From contig CBFDEM010000004.1 of assembly GCA_965603825.1 (NCBI GenBank), positions 186,001 to 250,000 of the forward strand: a stretch of 64,000 nucleotides of DNA. Reading direction: 5' to 3'. This document shows, in pieces, positions 63,108 to 64,000 of the stretch. The notes under the pieces are model-generated. The model did not search any database. It was not told the origin of the DNA and worked only from the letters and a program-made list of their open reading frames with translations. Each line of letters begins with the position of its first letter. Within the stretch, counting starts at the first letter, position 1. A program made the position numbers and the translations under genes. This DNA is from Blepharisma stoltei ATCC 30299 (lineage: Eukaryota; Protista; Ciliophora).

Positions 63108-64000
63108 ATGAAAGAAGTTGGAGTGCAAACTCAGTCAGGAGACAGTGCGGGACCCAGAGTGTTCTCTAAGACTCCTATCCCTGAGTTCGAATTCCCTCAA
63201 ATTCTATATTCTTCACACACAGTCCTATGGCTCCTTATAGCTGTTGGCATACTTGGCTATTTCACATTCTTAAGAGATGATTCAGATTCCTTATTAAACC
63301 AGCGCCAAGGTTTTTTGGGACTTATCCTTGTCTTTATTTTTACTTGTGGAGTCCAGCTACCAGATTCAGGCTTTTTTTCCCGTCCTCATCCGGTATTTTG
63401 GAGGATGCTTCAAGGTGTTGGCTTATGCTATTTCACAATGCTAGTTTACCTTCTCTTTCAGAATCTTGATGATTCTCGCCAACTGCTTACATTTTTAGAC
63501 CCTAAACTAGGGAAATCTTTACCAGATAAAAACTATGCTGACGACTGCAGAATTTATACACCCGAACACCCTGAATCAATTTTTTATAATATAAAGGATT
63601 GCTTTTTTGACATATATATTCCAGCTCATGCACTTGGATGGTTTTTTAAGATGATTATTATAAGAGATATGAAACTCTGCTGAATTTTAAGTGTTTTCTT
63701 TGAATTCTTAGAGCTTACTTTGAAGTTTCAAATACCTAACTTTGCTGAATGCTGGTGGGATAGCTTGATTTTTGACATTATTTTATGCAATGGAGGTGGA
63801 ATTTATCTTGGATATCTTACATGCAGATTTTTTCAAATGAAAGAGTTTTTCTGGGGCATTGGGGAAGATAAAAGAAGTGCTACTGGACGCTTTTCGGCAT
63901 TGTCAAGGACTGCTTCCCAGCTTACCCCTCACTCCTGGCTCTCTTTTAATTGGGAAATGTTTGGATCCTGCAAAAATTTTATTACTACAATATGGCTAGT
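63108..64000 (+). CDS. Phosphatidylserine synthase (base-exchange PTDSS type), truncated by the window end
   Basis: FSRPHPVFWR, HALGWFFK, C(W)ILSVFFEFLE, PNFAECWWDSLIFDIILCNGGG. Confidence 0.92.

Noticed and set aside
1-64000. Mycoplasma or mitochondrial origin, or a Condylostoma-type fully ambiguous code
   Set aside because: Spliceosomal introns and nuclear genes (dynein, ARP5, STT3) are present; TAA/TAG appear only as terminal stops or inside introns, and no gene needs TGA as a stop.
1-64000. IESs, transposases, tRNA/rRNA, telomeres
   Set aside because: No gene-interrupting TA-bounded inserts, DDE-type ORFs, cloverleafs or CCCTAACA arrays were seen by eye; a tRNAscan/Infernal run would be needed to exclude small RNAs.

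Overview
AT-rich, gene-dense eukaryotic DNA, most likely from the macronuclear genome of a heterotrich ciliate of the Blepharisma type. The ORF track is fragmented because TGA encodes Trp here: it sits at invariant Trp positions of STT3, ARP5, a RING-H2 finger and an alpha/beta-hydrolase, and it swaps with TGG between paralogs. Every gene I reconstructed ends in TAA or TAG. I found 16 introns, all 15-16 nt and all GTA...AG. With this code the window holds about 28 genes. Recognisable ones are ARP5, STT3, a PAP2 phosphatase, kinesin-7, a transcription-type cyclin, an ABHD hydrolase, a TPX2-domain protein, a 4546-aa axonemal dynein heavy chain, a membrane RING-H2 ligase, an LRR protein and a phosphatidylserine synthase. 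The best candidates for undescribed biology are: (1) a tandem trio of ~1375-aa multi-TM PAS receptor-like genes with variable outer loops; (2) a very large gene-to-gene difference in UGA-Trp use; (3) an RRM/RS/LPCGH Cys-repeat fusion; (4) a non-catalytic DUSP-UBL-UIM protein; (5) a tandem pair of CC-x5-H-x3-C proteins; (6) an acidic Tyr-repeat orphan. I saw no RNA genes, transposases or CRISPR arrays. All family calls come from manual motif recognition, not database searches.
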